Assembly (NCBI GenBank): GCA_963815775.1
Contig: CAWFIB010000005.1
Location: forward strand, 17,482 to 81,481
Direction: 5' to 3'
DNA from: an uncultured Acidobacteriaceae bacterium
Lineage (GTDB): Bacteria; Acidobacteriota; Terriglobia; Terriglobales; Acidobacteriaceae
Length of the DNA: 64,000 nucleotides
A program made the translations under genes and the position numbers. Positions within the stretch are counted from its first letter, which is position 1; each line of letters opens with the position of its first letter. The notes under the pieces are model-generated. The model saw only the letters and a program-made list of their open reading frames with translations. It was not told where the DNA came from and searched no databases. Shown here in pieces: positions 8,927 through 17,993 of this stretch.

Positions 8927-9468
8927 CTCCGCTGCGAAGAAGAAGAGGATAAAGCAGACACTTGCGATGCGGTATTTCGTTGTCCGCTCCTGACTCCCAC
9001 CACCATTTGGGTCTTCTGTGACTGGACAAAAGCATCCAGCTTCGCCAGTCCTTCCTTGCTTAGTCCCGACGCCAATTGTGCCCGCGTGGCCTCCACCAGC
9101 CTGGATATGGATTGCCGGGTGCCGGAAACTTCATTTTGCAAGTCTGCGACGGTGGCGGAAGTAGTGTTGGCGTCCACGAACGCGTTGTGCGTGTTGATGA
9201 GGGCTTCGTATTGCTGACGGAAGTTCTTGAGGGTTTGGATGTAGAGCTGGTGGTCAGCGGCGGTTAAGCCGATGTTTCCTTGTAATTGTTCACTGCGAGC
9301 AACCGCCTCGGCTGTTTCGAAATGAGATTGCATGAGGAAGACAGATCGATAGGCTGCATTGTCGGGAATCAACTCGGGATGCTGTCGTCCGTCGATGCGC
9401 GTCGCGGATTGCCCGAATCCACAACATGCAGTCAGAAGCAGCACTCCAATCAACCAACGAACCTTCAT
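8878..9468 (-). CDS. hypothetical helical lipoprotein
   Basis: The start MKVRWLIGVLLLTACCGF (lipobox-like LLTAC) is preceded by AAGGAG 7 nt upstream. The remainder is predicted helical (my reading). The last ~40 aa are low-complexity and overlap the next gene. Confidence 0.55.
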   Translation of the reverse strand: MKVRWLIGVLLLTACCGFGQSATRIDGRQHPELIPDNAAYRSVFLMQSHFETAEAVARSEQLQGNIGLTAADHQLYIQTLKNFRQQYEALINTHNAFVDANTTSATVADLQNEVSGTRQSISRLVEATRAQLASGLSKEGLAKLDAFVQSQKTQMVVGVRSGQRNTASQVSALSSSSSQRRWPHKTRHTLSTIAIP

Positions 9469-9820
9469 GGTGTTCTCCTTTCTGAAGATCGCGGTTATTT
9501 GCTTGTTGGTGAGGAACGGTGCCGTTTCTCCCAATGCCGCTAATCTAGGAGGTGCCAAAGGATGGTTCAATGGCCTAAAAGTGCTGGAAGGAGTCTACTG
9601 CAAAGGTAACAGTTTGCATAATAGGAGCGTACTTAAGCAGATACGGCTCTTATGAATGAAATGTAAAATCACTTCCCACTTCGGGGGGGCCTCTCGGAAG
9701 GCAATACTAAGCGCGTTGCCCTCATTCAGGCCCTGCCCGTGTCGGGGCTTTGAACACTCCCGCAAATGAAGCCGGACTGTGGGTGCCCAGTCAAGAGCCA
9801 AAAGCCAAAAGCCGCTCCTA

Positions 9821-12424
9821 CTACTGCACCAGCGTCCCGGTCTCCCCGTTGCCGTTCCCGTTAGCTTCCTCCGGAGGAATCACCGATGTGGCGGCGACCC
9901 GGTCTCCGGTTTCCAGATGCAGCAGGCGAACCCCCTGGGTGGAGCGGCCCGCCTCACGAATATTCTTGCTGTCGATGCGGATGATCTTGCCGTACTGGCT
10001 GATAACCATCAGCTCCGATTTTTCGTTCACCAGCATGATGCTGACCACGTTTCCGTTACGCGCCGTGGTCTTGACGTTGATGACGCCCTTGCCACCACGC
10101 GTCTGCAGGCGGTATTCGTCCACGTCGGTGCGCTTGCCGTAGCCGTTCTCGGTGACCGACAGAATCAGGCTGGCCTCGTCCGTCTCGCCGTCCTTGCCCT
10201 TGGTGCGCTCCTTGGGCGTGACCGCCATACCCACAATGTAGTCGCCTTTATCGAGATGCATTCCACGCACCCCACGCGCCGGACGTCCCATGTGACGAAC
10301 GTCGTCTTCATCAAAGCGAATCGCCATGCCTTCGTGCGACGCCAGGAAGATGATCTGGTTGCCGTCGGTACAGTCGGCAGCTACGAGCTCATCCCCCTTC
10401 TCGATGCCGATGGCGATGATGCCCCGCGATTGCACGTTGCTGAAGTCCTTCAGTGCTGTCTTCTTTACTGTGCCCTGGCGAGTGACAAAGAAGATGTGCT
10501 TGCCTTCTTCCTCCAGGTCGCGCACCGTCATGAGTGTGCGGACACTTTCCCCCGGCTGTAACGTGACCAGGCTGGCGATGGCCTTGCCTTTGCCCGCGGC
10601 GCTGAGTTCGGGAATCTCGTACACCTTCAGCCAGTACACCCGCCCGCTATTGGTGAAGACCAGGATGTAGTCGTGCGTCGAGGCCACGAACAGATGCTCG
10701 ACGAAATCCTCTTCCCGCGTGCTCATCCCTTTGCGGCCCGTCCCCCCACGCCGCTGCTGGCGATAGGTCGAGATGGGTGTGCGCTTCATGTATCCCGAGT
10801 GGCTCACCGTGACCGCGACTTGCTCGTCGGCGATCAGGTCTTCCAGATTGATCTCAGCGGCTTCGTCCTGGATGATGGTGCGCCGCTCATCGCCATAGTT
10901 CTTTTTGATCTCTTCCAGCTCTTTGATGACCACGCCGCGCAGTTTCTTCTCGCTGGCCAGGATGGATTCGTACTCCGCGATCTTCTCGCGCAGCTCCTTT
11001 AACTCGTTCAGGATTTCTTCCGTCGAGAGACGAGTCAAACGGTAGAGTTGCAGATCGAGGATGGCGTCAGCCTGACGTGCTGTGAGCTTGCCTTCGCGGC
11101 CGCCTATGCGCTCGATCAGAAGTTCGTCGGTGATCTTGAACTTCGCCGCCAGCAGGTTCTCCTTGGCCTCGGGGCGTGAGCCGGATCCGCGAATCAGCTT
11201 GATGATCGCATCCAGATTGTCGAGCGCAATGCGGTAGCCTTCGAGCACGTGCTCGCGTTCCCGCGCCTTCATCAGCAGATAGGCGGTGCGCCGGCGCACC
11301 ACGTCGATGCGGTGATCGACGAAGTGCTTGACGGCCTGCACCAACCCCATCTCTTTCGGCTGGCCATTGACCACGGCCAGGAAGATCATGCTGAAGCTCT
11401 CCTGCATCTGGGTGTGCTTGAAGAGCTGGTTGAGCACGATCTGCGGTTCGGCACTGCGCTTCAATTCGACCACGATGCGCATCCCGTCGCGATCGCTGAA
11501 GTCGTTCACGTCGGAGATCTCGTCGATGACCTTGTTGTTCACCAGTTCAGCGATGCGCTCGATCAGCTTCGACTTGTTTACCTGGTACGGAATCTCGGTG
11601 ACAACGATCGCTTCTTTGTCTTTCGTCAGGTGCTCGATCGCGGCCTTGGCGCGCATCATGAAGCGGCCCCGGCCCGTACGGTATGCCTCCATAATCCCGC
11701 TGCGCCCGTGGATGAATCCGCCGGTGGGGAAGTCCGGCCCCTGAACGTGCTTCAGCAAGTCAGGCAGGGTTGCAAGCGGGTTGTTCACCACCGTAATACA
11801 GGCGTCGATCACCTCCGTCAGATTGTGCGGCGGAATGTTGGTCGCCATGCCAACCGCGATGCCGTTGGAGCCGTTCACCAGCAGGTTCGGAACTCGCGTC
11901 GGCAGAACCACGGGTTCGACCGTGGTGTCGTCGAAATTGGCGACAAAATCAACGGTGTCCTTATCGATGTCCGACAGCAACTGCTCGGCGATGTCGGTCA
12001 TGCGCGCCTCGGTATACCGGTACGCCGCTGGGGGATCGCCGTCCACCGAACCGAAATTCCCCTGGCCATCGATCAGCGGATAGCGCAACGAAAATGGCTG
12101 TGCCATGCGCACCATGGCGTCATACACTGCCGTATCGCCGTGCGGGTGATACTTGCCGAGCACCTCGCCGACCACCTTCGCGCACTTCACGTGCTTGCGG
12201 TTATGCAGCAGCCCCATGTCATGCATGGCGTAGAGAATGCGGCGATGGACGGGCTTAAGGCCGTCGCGCACGTCGGGCAAGGCGCGCCCGATGATGACCG
12301 ACATCGAGTAGTCGAGATACGAACGCCGCATCTCCTCTTCAATGTTGATGGGCTGGATGTTGCCGGCGCCGGGTCCTGAGTTGTCAGGGGGGAGAGGTAA
12401 TTGCTGATTAGGATCGTCTGGCAT
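9821..12424 (-). CDS. gyrA: DNA gyrase subunit A
   Basis: 867 aa. [14 protein letters not shown]...[37 protein letters not shown] includes the active-site region, and C-terminal beta-pinwheel repeats are present. Confidence 0.97.
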   Translation of the reverse strand: MPDDPNQQLPLPPDNSGPGAGNIQPINIEEEMRRSYLDYSMSVIIGRALPDVRDGLKPVHRRILYAMHDMGLLHNRKHVKCAKVVGEVLGKYHPHGDTAVYDAMVRMAQPFSLRYPLIDGQGNFGSVDGDPPAAYRYTEARMTDIAEQLLSDIDKDTVDFVANFDDTTVEPVVLPTRVPNLLVNGSNGIAVGMATNIPPHNLTEVIDACITVVNNPLATLPDLLKHVQGPDFPTGGFIHGRSGIMEAYRTGRGRFMMRAKAAIEHLTKDKEAIVVTEIPYQVNKSKLIERIAELVNNKVIDEISDVNDFSDRDGMRIVVELKRSAEPQIVLNQLFKHTQMQESFSMIFLAVVNGQPKEMGLVQAVKHFVDHRIDVVRRRTAYLLMKAREREHVLEGYRIALDNLDAIIKLIRGSGSRPEAKENLLAAKFKITDELLIERIGGREGKLTARQADAILDLQLYRLTRLSTEEILNELKELREKIAEYESILASEKKLRGVVIKELEEIKKNYGDERRTIIQDEAAEINLEDLIADEQVAVTVSHSGYMKRTPISTYRQQRRGGTGRKGMSTREEDFVEHLFVASTHDYILVFTNSGRVYWLKVYEIPELSAAGKGKAIASLVTLQPGESVRTLMTVRDLEEEGKHIFFVTRQGTVKKTALKDFSNVQSRGIIAIGIEKGDELVAADCTDGNQIIFLASHEGMAIRFDEDDVRHMGRPARGVRGMHLDKGDYIVGMAVTPKERTKGKDGETDEASLILSVTENGYGKRTDVDEYRLQTRGGKGVINVKTTARNGNVVSIMLVNEKSELMVISQYGKIIRIDSKNIREAGRSTQGVRLLHLETGDRVAATSVIPPEEANGNGNGETGTLVQ

Positions 12425-12657
12425 TCGTTAGCTACCAACTCCCAGCCACCGGCCGTGAGCTGAAGTCCTTCCTGTTTCTCTGCCACTTTGGGGAGCAAAC
12501 ATGCGGACGGCATCCAGAACCAGAAATCCTGGTGTCTACTGGACCCGCTTATGTGCCTGCTGTGAGGAATTCCACCGAAAGGAGCACTAATCATTATAGC
12601 ATGAGGGAAGCCTCTCGCGTTCCCGTAAGTACTATTATATTCAATTACTTATGGATT

Positions 12658-12687
12658 GTCGTCACGAGCGAAGCGAGGGACCTGCTC
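12658..12687 (+). repeat. dispersed repeat, family B (gtcRtcacgagcgaagcgagggacctg)
   Basis: The same ~27-nt core recurs at 42515-42541 and 53532-53558. It recurs in inverse orientation at 29857-29888, 48848-48877 and 53621-53647. Confidence 0.8.
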
Positions 12688-13172
12688 TCGCCCGGATCGC
12701 CAACGCCGCTTACCAAAGAAACGAAACCTGGAACCGACGAAGATCCTTCCCAAATCCCCCAAAAACTCGGGTAGGTGAGAATTCGCCTCAGGCCTCGACC
12801 TCGGTGGTGCCATATATTTTCGACTAATCGATGACTGCGACCGGTGTTCGCAGTTGGCTCCTGTTGGAAGTGGAGAAGCGAAGGACCTGCCGCTCGTTCG
12901 CTCACCCACCAATGCTGTTCAGGATATGAAGACTTTCGCTCAGCGCAAAACCCGAGACGCGTAGCGTCGGCCCAGAAGTTAGCCCCGGGTGGGCCGGGGC
13001 CCCGACGAGCGCCGCCTTTGCGCTTGGCGGGGTGGATGCAGCGCAGCGGAACCCGGGGTAAGCTGCATTATTAAACCCTAAGCCGGTTTCAACCGGCGGC
13101 ACTCTTCCGCGAGGGCGTGAGCCCGAGCATTCCACAACGTTTGCGCTGGATGAGTGGTTGATTCTGCGCTCC

Positions 13173-14006
13173 CTACGGCGTTGCCTTCATCGAACCGGTC
13201 GGCTTAGGCGCCTCGGTAGGAGCACTTTGCGGAGTTGCGTCGCCCTTCGCTGGCTTCGAAGATTGGCTCACCTTAGGGACCTGGAACTCTACGCCCTGAT
13301 CGTCATTCGCCTTCACCGTCGCCGGAACGTCAAGGTCGGCGAGGGCGATCTTCTTGGGGAGCTTGTCAAACACATAGACCGTCGGTCCCATGATCGCGTA
13401 GTTTGTCACTTCCTGCGTGTGCCCATCGCGAAAGACGAGCACAGTTGGCACTCCCGGCTTGGCTTCCTGTGGAGCCGGCGGAGGCGTTGCAGGCTGAAGC
13501 TGTTCCTCGGCGAGCTGATCTTTTGCAATAGGGTGTGTGGGTGCCGTGTCCACGATAATGTGCAGCGTTTGTTCCGCGGGCGGCGCCGGTCCCTGCGGCG
13601 GACCGGAGTAAAGATAAGGTCCACCACCGCCCGAGCCGCTATAGTCCGCCGAGTTGTCGGCCGGATAGACGTAATACGGGACGGCGTAGGTATACCCATA
13701 GCCATAACCATAGCTACCCCTGTAGCCGCGGCGGTTGTACCGGTTGGGAAATGCCGGATTGCGGAAGGGAATGTTCGATGGCCGCTGGCAGCAATAGCCG
13801 TACGGACCAAGCGAGGTCACGCTGGCGGTCGCGTTCGGCAGATACGGTGGAACATGATTCGGAATCGACGTTACCGACGGCGGGATGCCATGGATCTGCG
13901 CCTGAACCGGAGCTACCGCGACCAGGCCAAACATGGCCAGCGCCAGGACAGTCGCCAACCGGCTGAAATCTTTCAGCACGCCCCGGGAACGAACCCACTC
14001 CGTCAT
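13173..14006 (-). CDS. hypothetical secreted/anchored Pro-, Tyr-, Gly-rich protein
   Basis: There is an N-terminal hydrophobic segment (LATVLALAMFGLVAVAPVQA) and a GYGYGYTY / PY-rich low-complexity middle. A more ordered C-terminal segment (TVLVFRDGHTQEVTNYAIMGPTVYVFD) follows. I chose the start at MTEW (14006); the longest ORF extends to 14030. Confidence 0.6.
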   Translation of the reverse strand: MTEWVRSRGVLKDFSRLATVLALAMFGLVAVAPVQAQIHGIPPSVTSIPNHVPPYLPNATASVTSLGPYGYCCQRPSNIPFRNPAFPNRYNRRGYRGSYGYGYGYTYAVPYYVYPADNSADYSGSGGGGPYLYSGPPQGPAPPAEQTLHIIVDTAPTHPIAKDQLAEEQLQPATPPPAPQEAKPGVPTVLVFRDGHTQEVTNYAIMGPTVYVFDKLPKKIALADLDVPATVKANDDQGVEFQVPKVSQSSKPAKGDATPQSAPTEAPKPTGSMKATP

Positions 14007-14052
14007 GACTTCCTCGCCTGCTATTTCCAACCCTATAGATGCCGGGAAGTTC

Positions 14053-15210
14053 CTACCTGACGCTTAAATGTCGAATCTCCAGCAGTCCGTAGACGTCCAT
14101 GGTTGCATTGGCGATCAGCGCCCCGACGATCACGGCGTTGGCCACCAGCGCGTACCGGCTTTCCAGAAGGTCGACAGCCACTCCTGAAACGAACAGTATC
14201 AGAAAAGGCAGCGAGACAAACAGAAAAAGTAGCGCGGAAAACTGCTCTGTTCCCAGAGCGGCAAGCACCAGCACTCCCGCCGTAATCAGCGGAGCGGCGT
14301 TACCGAAAAAGCGGGTATGCCCCCAGATTGCAAAGCTGACAAGGCCGCCCAGAACCAGCACCAGCGGACCCAGTCCCGCCTGCAGGAAGAACTCTCCCAC
14401 CAGCTTGTAACTCAATGCTTTCCCAAACCGTCGCGGCACAAACTGGAACCAGTGTGCCTCCCGCAGCGAGTGCAGGAAGACCAGCGGCTGAAGTCCGTAG
14501 AAGCCCAACATCAACAGCACGGCAATGGCGCATGAGGCCGCGAAGATCAGCAGCGCTGCCCCGCGACGCACATGACCCACCCAGAGCAGGAACGCCAGCC
14601 CGGGTATCAGCACGATCCACATGGGAAACTGGGCGCCGACGCACAACCCGATCGAGATTCCCAGCAGCACGATGCGGCGCCAGTTCCACAGAATGACGTC
14701 GCGCGGAGCGTACAGCGTATGGGCCACGGCGATTGCGGTGAAGATCACGCCAAACGCCCCCCAGGCAGCGACGATGTCCTCCTGCGCCTGGTTCGTGCGG
14801 GTGACGATCAGCGGCGAAAAGGTGTACAGCGCCAGCGCAATGAGCCCGCCGAAATTTCCATAGAGCCGTCGCGCCACATACCACAGCGACACCCCAAGCA
14901 TGAGACCGCAAAACAGGAACGGCAGGCGAATCACAAAGCGGTAGGCGTTGAGCTGCTCCCAGGTGATCTTGCCGGCAATCACTTTCAACGGGAGCGCGGC
15001 CAGCAGCGGCACGAGCGGGGAGCGCACTTGCGAGCCGGCATTCGCCATGTTCTCAAGTTGCACCAATCCGTCTTCGATATAACTGCTCTCCAGTGACGTT
15101 ATGGGAGCAAGTGCGGTAAACCAGATACATTGCGCCAGAAAGAGGAGCAGTAGAAGCGCGGCCGCAAGTTGGGAGATTCCCGCGCCGAACGGTAATTTTC
15201 GAGCTGGCAT
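14053..15210 (-). CDS. polytopic membrane protein, GT-C-fold glycosyltransferase-like (PMT_2/ArnT-like)
   Basis: About 10 hydrophobic segments. The first loop carries acidic residues (SSYIEDG), followed by RLPFLFCGLMLGVSLWYVARRLYGNFGGLIALALYTFSPLIV. This matches the layout of GT39/GT83-type enzymes. At 385 aa it is shorter than typical members. Confidence 0.55.
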   Translation of the reverse strand: MPARKLPFGAGISQLAAALLLLLFLAQCIWFTALAPITSLESSYIEDGLVQLENMANAGSQVRSPLVPLLAALPLKVIAGKITWEQLNAYRFVIRLPFLFCGLMLGVSLWYVARRLYGNFGGLIALALYTFSPLIVTRTNQAQEDIVAAWGAFGVIFTAIAVAHTLYAPRDVILWNWRRIVLLGISIGLCVGAQFPMWIVLIPGLAFLLWVGHVRRGAALLIFAASCAIAVLLMLGFYGLQPLVFLHSLREAHWFQFVPRRFGKALSYKLVGEFFLQAGLGPLVLVLGGLVSFAIWGHTRFFGNAAPLITAGVLVLAALGTEQFSALLFLFVSLPFLILFVSGVAVDLLESRYALVANAVIVGALIANATMDVYGLLEIRHLSVR

Positions 15211-15319
15211 GAGCGAAGCTTCTTTTGTAACACGAGCACCGGAGGCCGTCGATGGCCCGCGCCTTTACGCTCTGTCCAAGATTAGCAATCTTTGCTAACG
15301 TTACCGCTATCACTCGCGA

Positions 15320-15467
15320 GACACGATCACGAATATCAACCTGACTCCCGAACTGGAATCTCTCGTACAAAAATAAGGTGAAGAGCGGGCGCTATAGCTT
15401 GGCCAGCGAAGTGATCCGCGATGCTTTGCGCTTGTTCGCGACGGGGCGGAATTCTTCCGGCTCGTAA
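15320..15467 (+). pseudogene. parD/CopG-like antitoxin remnant (frameshifted, no start codon)
   Basis: Frame A reads ..TITNINLTPELESLVQK then a stop at 15374-15376. The +1 frame continues NKVKSGRYSLASEVIRDALRLFATGR. Together these resemble the ParD consensus (..LTPELE.FV...V.SGRY.SASEV.R..LRLL). Confidence 0.5.
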
Positions 15468-15747
15468 GCGCAAGAGCGCAACCGTTTCGTCCTAACCACC
15501 TTGGCGGCTCGGGATGTTCGTGGGATCTACCGTACATTGCGAGGGATAGACCGCGAGCCGCGGGGCAAGGTTCGCCAACAGATGTTCCCAGCGCTGCACC
15601 GAATTGCCGACAGTCCCGGCATCGGTCATACCCGCGAAGGCCCTACCGCCAGGCCCGTTCTTTTTTGGCCGATAGGTTGGTATTTTCGAGCGTGAAATAC
15701 CGATGACGTGCACAGTCCTCAACTGGCTGCTCCTAGGTCTCGCGTAG
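15468..15747 (+). pseudogene. parE/RelE-like toxin remnant (no start codon, frameshifted near the 3' end)
   Basis: RFVLTTLAARDVRGIYRTL...ADSPGIGHTREGPTARPVLFWPIGWY resembles ParE (L.P.A..DL..I..YI....P..G..R.....G.R.FPVG.Y). The reading frame breaks before the expected ..I.RVLHG end. The 3' end overlaps the stop of the convergent neighbour. Confidence 0.45.
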
Positions 15748-17853
15748 CAGCGCCGCCAACTGATCCGCTTCAAACAACGGCGGCTGGCAGGTGAAATTCT
15801 TGCAAACTACCGCCAGTGACTTCTTGTCTTTCAGGCCGGGCAGGTTCGGAATAGTCTCCGCCAGTACTGGCGGAAGGTTCTCGGCCACCGCTTCGCTATC
15901 GGTCAGGTGTACGACTGACTTGTTTACCAGGAAACTCGCGCGCGCGGCCCTGAGCAGCACCTTGGCATTCTCATCTTCGCCGACTACTACGACTTGGATG
16001 TGGGGGCGTGACATCCAAGTCGCCGCAATGCCGTAGGTTCCGGCGTAGATGCCGAACTGTTCAGCCACGCCGCTGAAGACTTCCAGCGTGTCCTCAGCCT
16101 TGTCGCGATACTTGGCATCGTTGGTGTAGGCGTGCAGGCGCAGCAACGCGATCACAGCACTCGGATTGCCAGCCGGCGTAGGGGCATCCTGAAACGGTTT
16201 GCGTCGCGCCGACAGCGCTCCCAGCTGTAGTTTTTCTTCAAGGCTCGGCTCGGAATCGAAGAAACCACCCGACGTCGCATCGCCAAAGCGCGAGATCATC
16301 TCATTCGCAATCTTTTGTGCGAAGCGGAAGTAGCTGATGGCACCGGTGACTTCGTAGGCATCCAGGCACGCGATCGTGGTGAAGGCGTAGTCGTCCAGAA
16401 ATCCCTTCACGAATCGCTTTTCAGCGCGCGGATCCGCATAAGCGATGACGTGCGAGAGACCACGTTTGTCATCCCATCCTTCCGCCAGAATGCGATCGAG
16501 CGAACGTAAGGCGAACTTGCGCGCGTCTTCCAGTCCCAACACCTGAGCGGCCTGTAAATACGCGGAGACGCACATCGCATTCCAATTCACGTAAACCGTC
16601 TTATCGACGAACGGCGTAGGCCGCCTCAAGCGGGCCGCATACAGCTTGGTTTTGGCGGAAGCGAGCAACTCGATGACCTCAGCGGCCTTGCGGCCCATCT
16701 TGCTCGCAACTTCCTCCGGGAGCATCGCGACCCAAAGCACGTTTTTGGCGGCATTGTGGTGCATCTCGCCCTGCTCGCCGACGTCAAAGTGGAGCGACGC
16801 AGCACGAAATTCGTCATCGCTCAACACGGCTTTCGCCTCTTCCACGGTCCAGGTGAAGTAGTCGCCATCATCGTCGAGGCTGATGTCGGCGTCCTGCGAG
16901 GCATAGAAACCGCCTCTCTCGCGATCGCTCAGCCACTCGTCCATCCAGCGAATGATGTCGCGCGCGATGTGCGCATAAAAGTCGTCGCCGAATACCTGGT
17001 AGGCATGAACGTAGTTCTTCAGCAGCTCCGAGTTGTCGTACGACATTTTTTCGAAGTGCGGAACAATCCAGCGCTCATCGACCGAGTAGCGATGGAATCC
17101 ACCGGCGAGTTGGTCGTAAACCCCGCCCTGCGCCATCTTGGTGAGTGTGGTCACGACGACGGTCTTAACCCGCTCTTCTCCGGTGCGGGCGTACCAGTCA
17201 AGCAGCAGATCGATGGCCGAGGCATGGGGGAATTTAGGCGCACTGCCAAAGCCGCCATGCTTCTCGTCGAAGATGGGGAGTGCCGACTGGACCATCATGC
17301 CAACGATGCGCGGCGAAAAGTCTGCCTGCCGTCCGGCAAAGCTTTCGGCGTTCAGCATCTGCATGGTCTGGTTGGCTGAATCGACGACCTCATTCCGTCG
17401 CTCACGATAGGCTTCGGCTATGGCGAGCAGAATTTTTTTGAAGCTGGGCCGTCCCCACTGATCCACCGGCGGAAAATAGGTGCCACCGTAAAAGGGCTTG
17501 CCATCCGGGGTGAGGAAGACGGTGAGCGGCCAGCCACCGGTGCCCGCGATCGCGGAGACGGCAAGCTGATAGCGGCTGTCGACATCGGGTCGCTCGTCGC
17601 GATCGACTTTGACCGCCACGAACTCGCGGTTGATGATCTCCGCCATTTCGGCGCTCTCGTACGACTCGCGGTCCATCACATGACACCAATGGCACCAGAC
17701 CGCGCCGATATCGAGCAGCACCGGCTTGTTCTCCTGCTGGGCGCGAGCGAAGGCCGCCTCTCCCCACTCATGCCATTGGATGGGCTGATGCATGGCTGAG
17801 CGTAAGTAAGCGGAAGAAGCGCGGGCGAGAGAATTGGCGGCGATTTCACTCAT
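15733..17853 (-). CDS. thioredoxin-domain protein, DUF255/YyaL family (N-terminal Trx-like domain plus six-hairpin glycosidase-like domain)
   Basis: HQPIQWHEWGEAAFARAQQENKPVLLDIGAVWCHWCHVMDRESYE is the family signature. I chose the start at MSEIAANS (17853); the longest ORF extends to 17943. Confidence 0.85.
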   Translation of the reverse strand: MSEIAANSLARASSAYLRSAMHQPIQWHEWGEAAFARAQQENKPVLLDIGAVWCHWCHVMDRESYESAEMAEIINREFVAVKVDRDERPDVDSRYQLAVSAIAGTGGWPLTVFLTPDGKPFYGGTYFPPVDQWGRPSFKKILLAIAEAYRERRNEVVDSANQTMQMLNAESFAGRQADFSPRIVGMMVQSALPIFDEKHGGFGSAPKFPHASAIDLLLDWYARTGEERVKTVVVTTLTKMAQGGVYDQLAGGFHRYSVDERWIVPHFEKMSYDNSELLKNYVHAYQVFGDDFYAHIARDIIRWMDEWLSDRERGGFYASQDADISLDDDGDYFTWTVEEAKAVLSDDEFRAASLHFDVGEQGEMHHNAAKNVLWVAMLPEEVASKMGRKAAEVIELLASAKTKLYAARLRRPTPFVDKTVYVNWNAMCVSAYLQAAQVLGLEDARKFALRSLDRILAEGWDDKRGLSHVIAYADPRAEKRFVKGFLDDYAFTTIACLDAYEVTGAISYFRFAQKIANEMISRFGDATSGGFFDSEPSLEEKLQLGALSARRKPFQDAPTPAGNPSAVIALLRLHAYTNDAKYRDKAEDTLEVFSGVAEQFGIYAGTYGIAATWMSRPHIQVVVVGEDENAKVLLRAARASFLVNKSVVHLTDSEAVAENLPPVLAETIPNLPGLKDKKSLAVVCKNFTCQPPLFEADQLAALLRET

Positions 17854-17993
17854 CGTTTTCAGTCTAGCAGTTGGAAAGCTCACCACGGATTTGCCGGGGA
17901 TCAGAGTTAAGTCTGGTTCGAATTCCTGATCGCTTCCGATCATCGGCGCGAACCCGTGGTCGAATTGCTTGCGACCATTTATCGTTAGCAGTT

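Noticed and set aside
9786-9815. Possible intrinsic terminator right after the gyrA stop (gagccaaaagccaaaagccgctc).
   Set aside because: The sequence is a short tandem gccaaaa repeat, not a hairpin, and I could not draw a stable stem.
12532-12774. Short ORFs in intergenic regions encoding recurring peptides (VVTSEARDLLS, CHPERSEGPAF/VLL, SPALQRWV, PLKGRxF). This includes 12532-12774 as well as 29577-29927, 42516-42758, 43351-43638, 48754-49050 and 53492-53755.
   Set aside because: The shared peptides are simply translations of the dispersed palindromic repeats in one frame or the other. The ORFs have no start context and differ outside the repeat.
17900-17925. tRNA-like T-loop sequence ggttcgaattcc between the DUF255 gene and lpxD.
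   Set aside because: The flanking bases do not form a T-stem (tctgg versus tcctg). No acceptor, D or anticodon arms can be drawn. No other tRNA-like segment was seen in the window.
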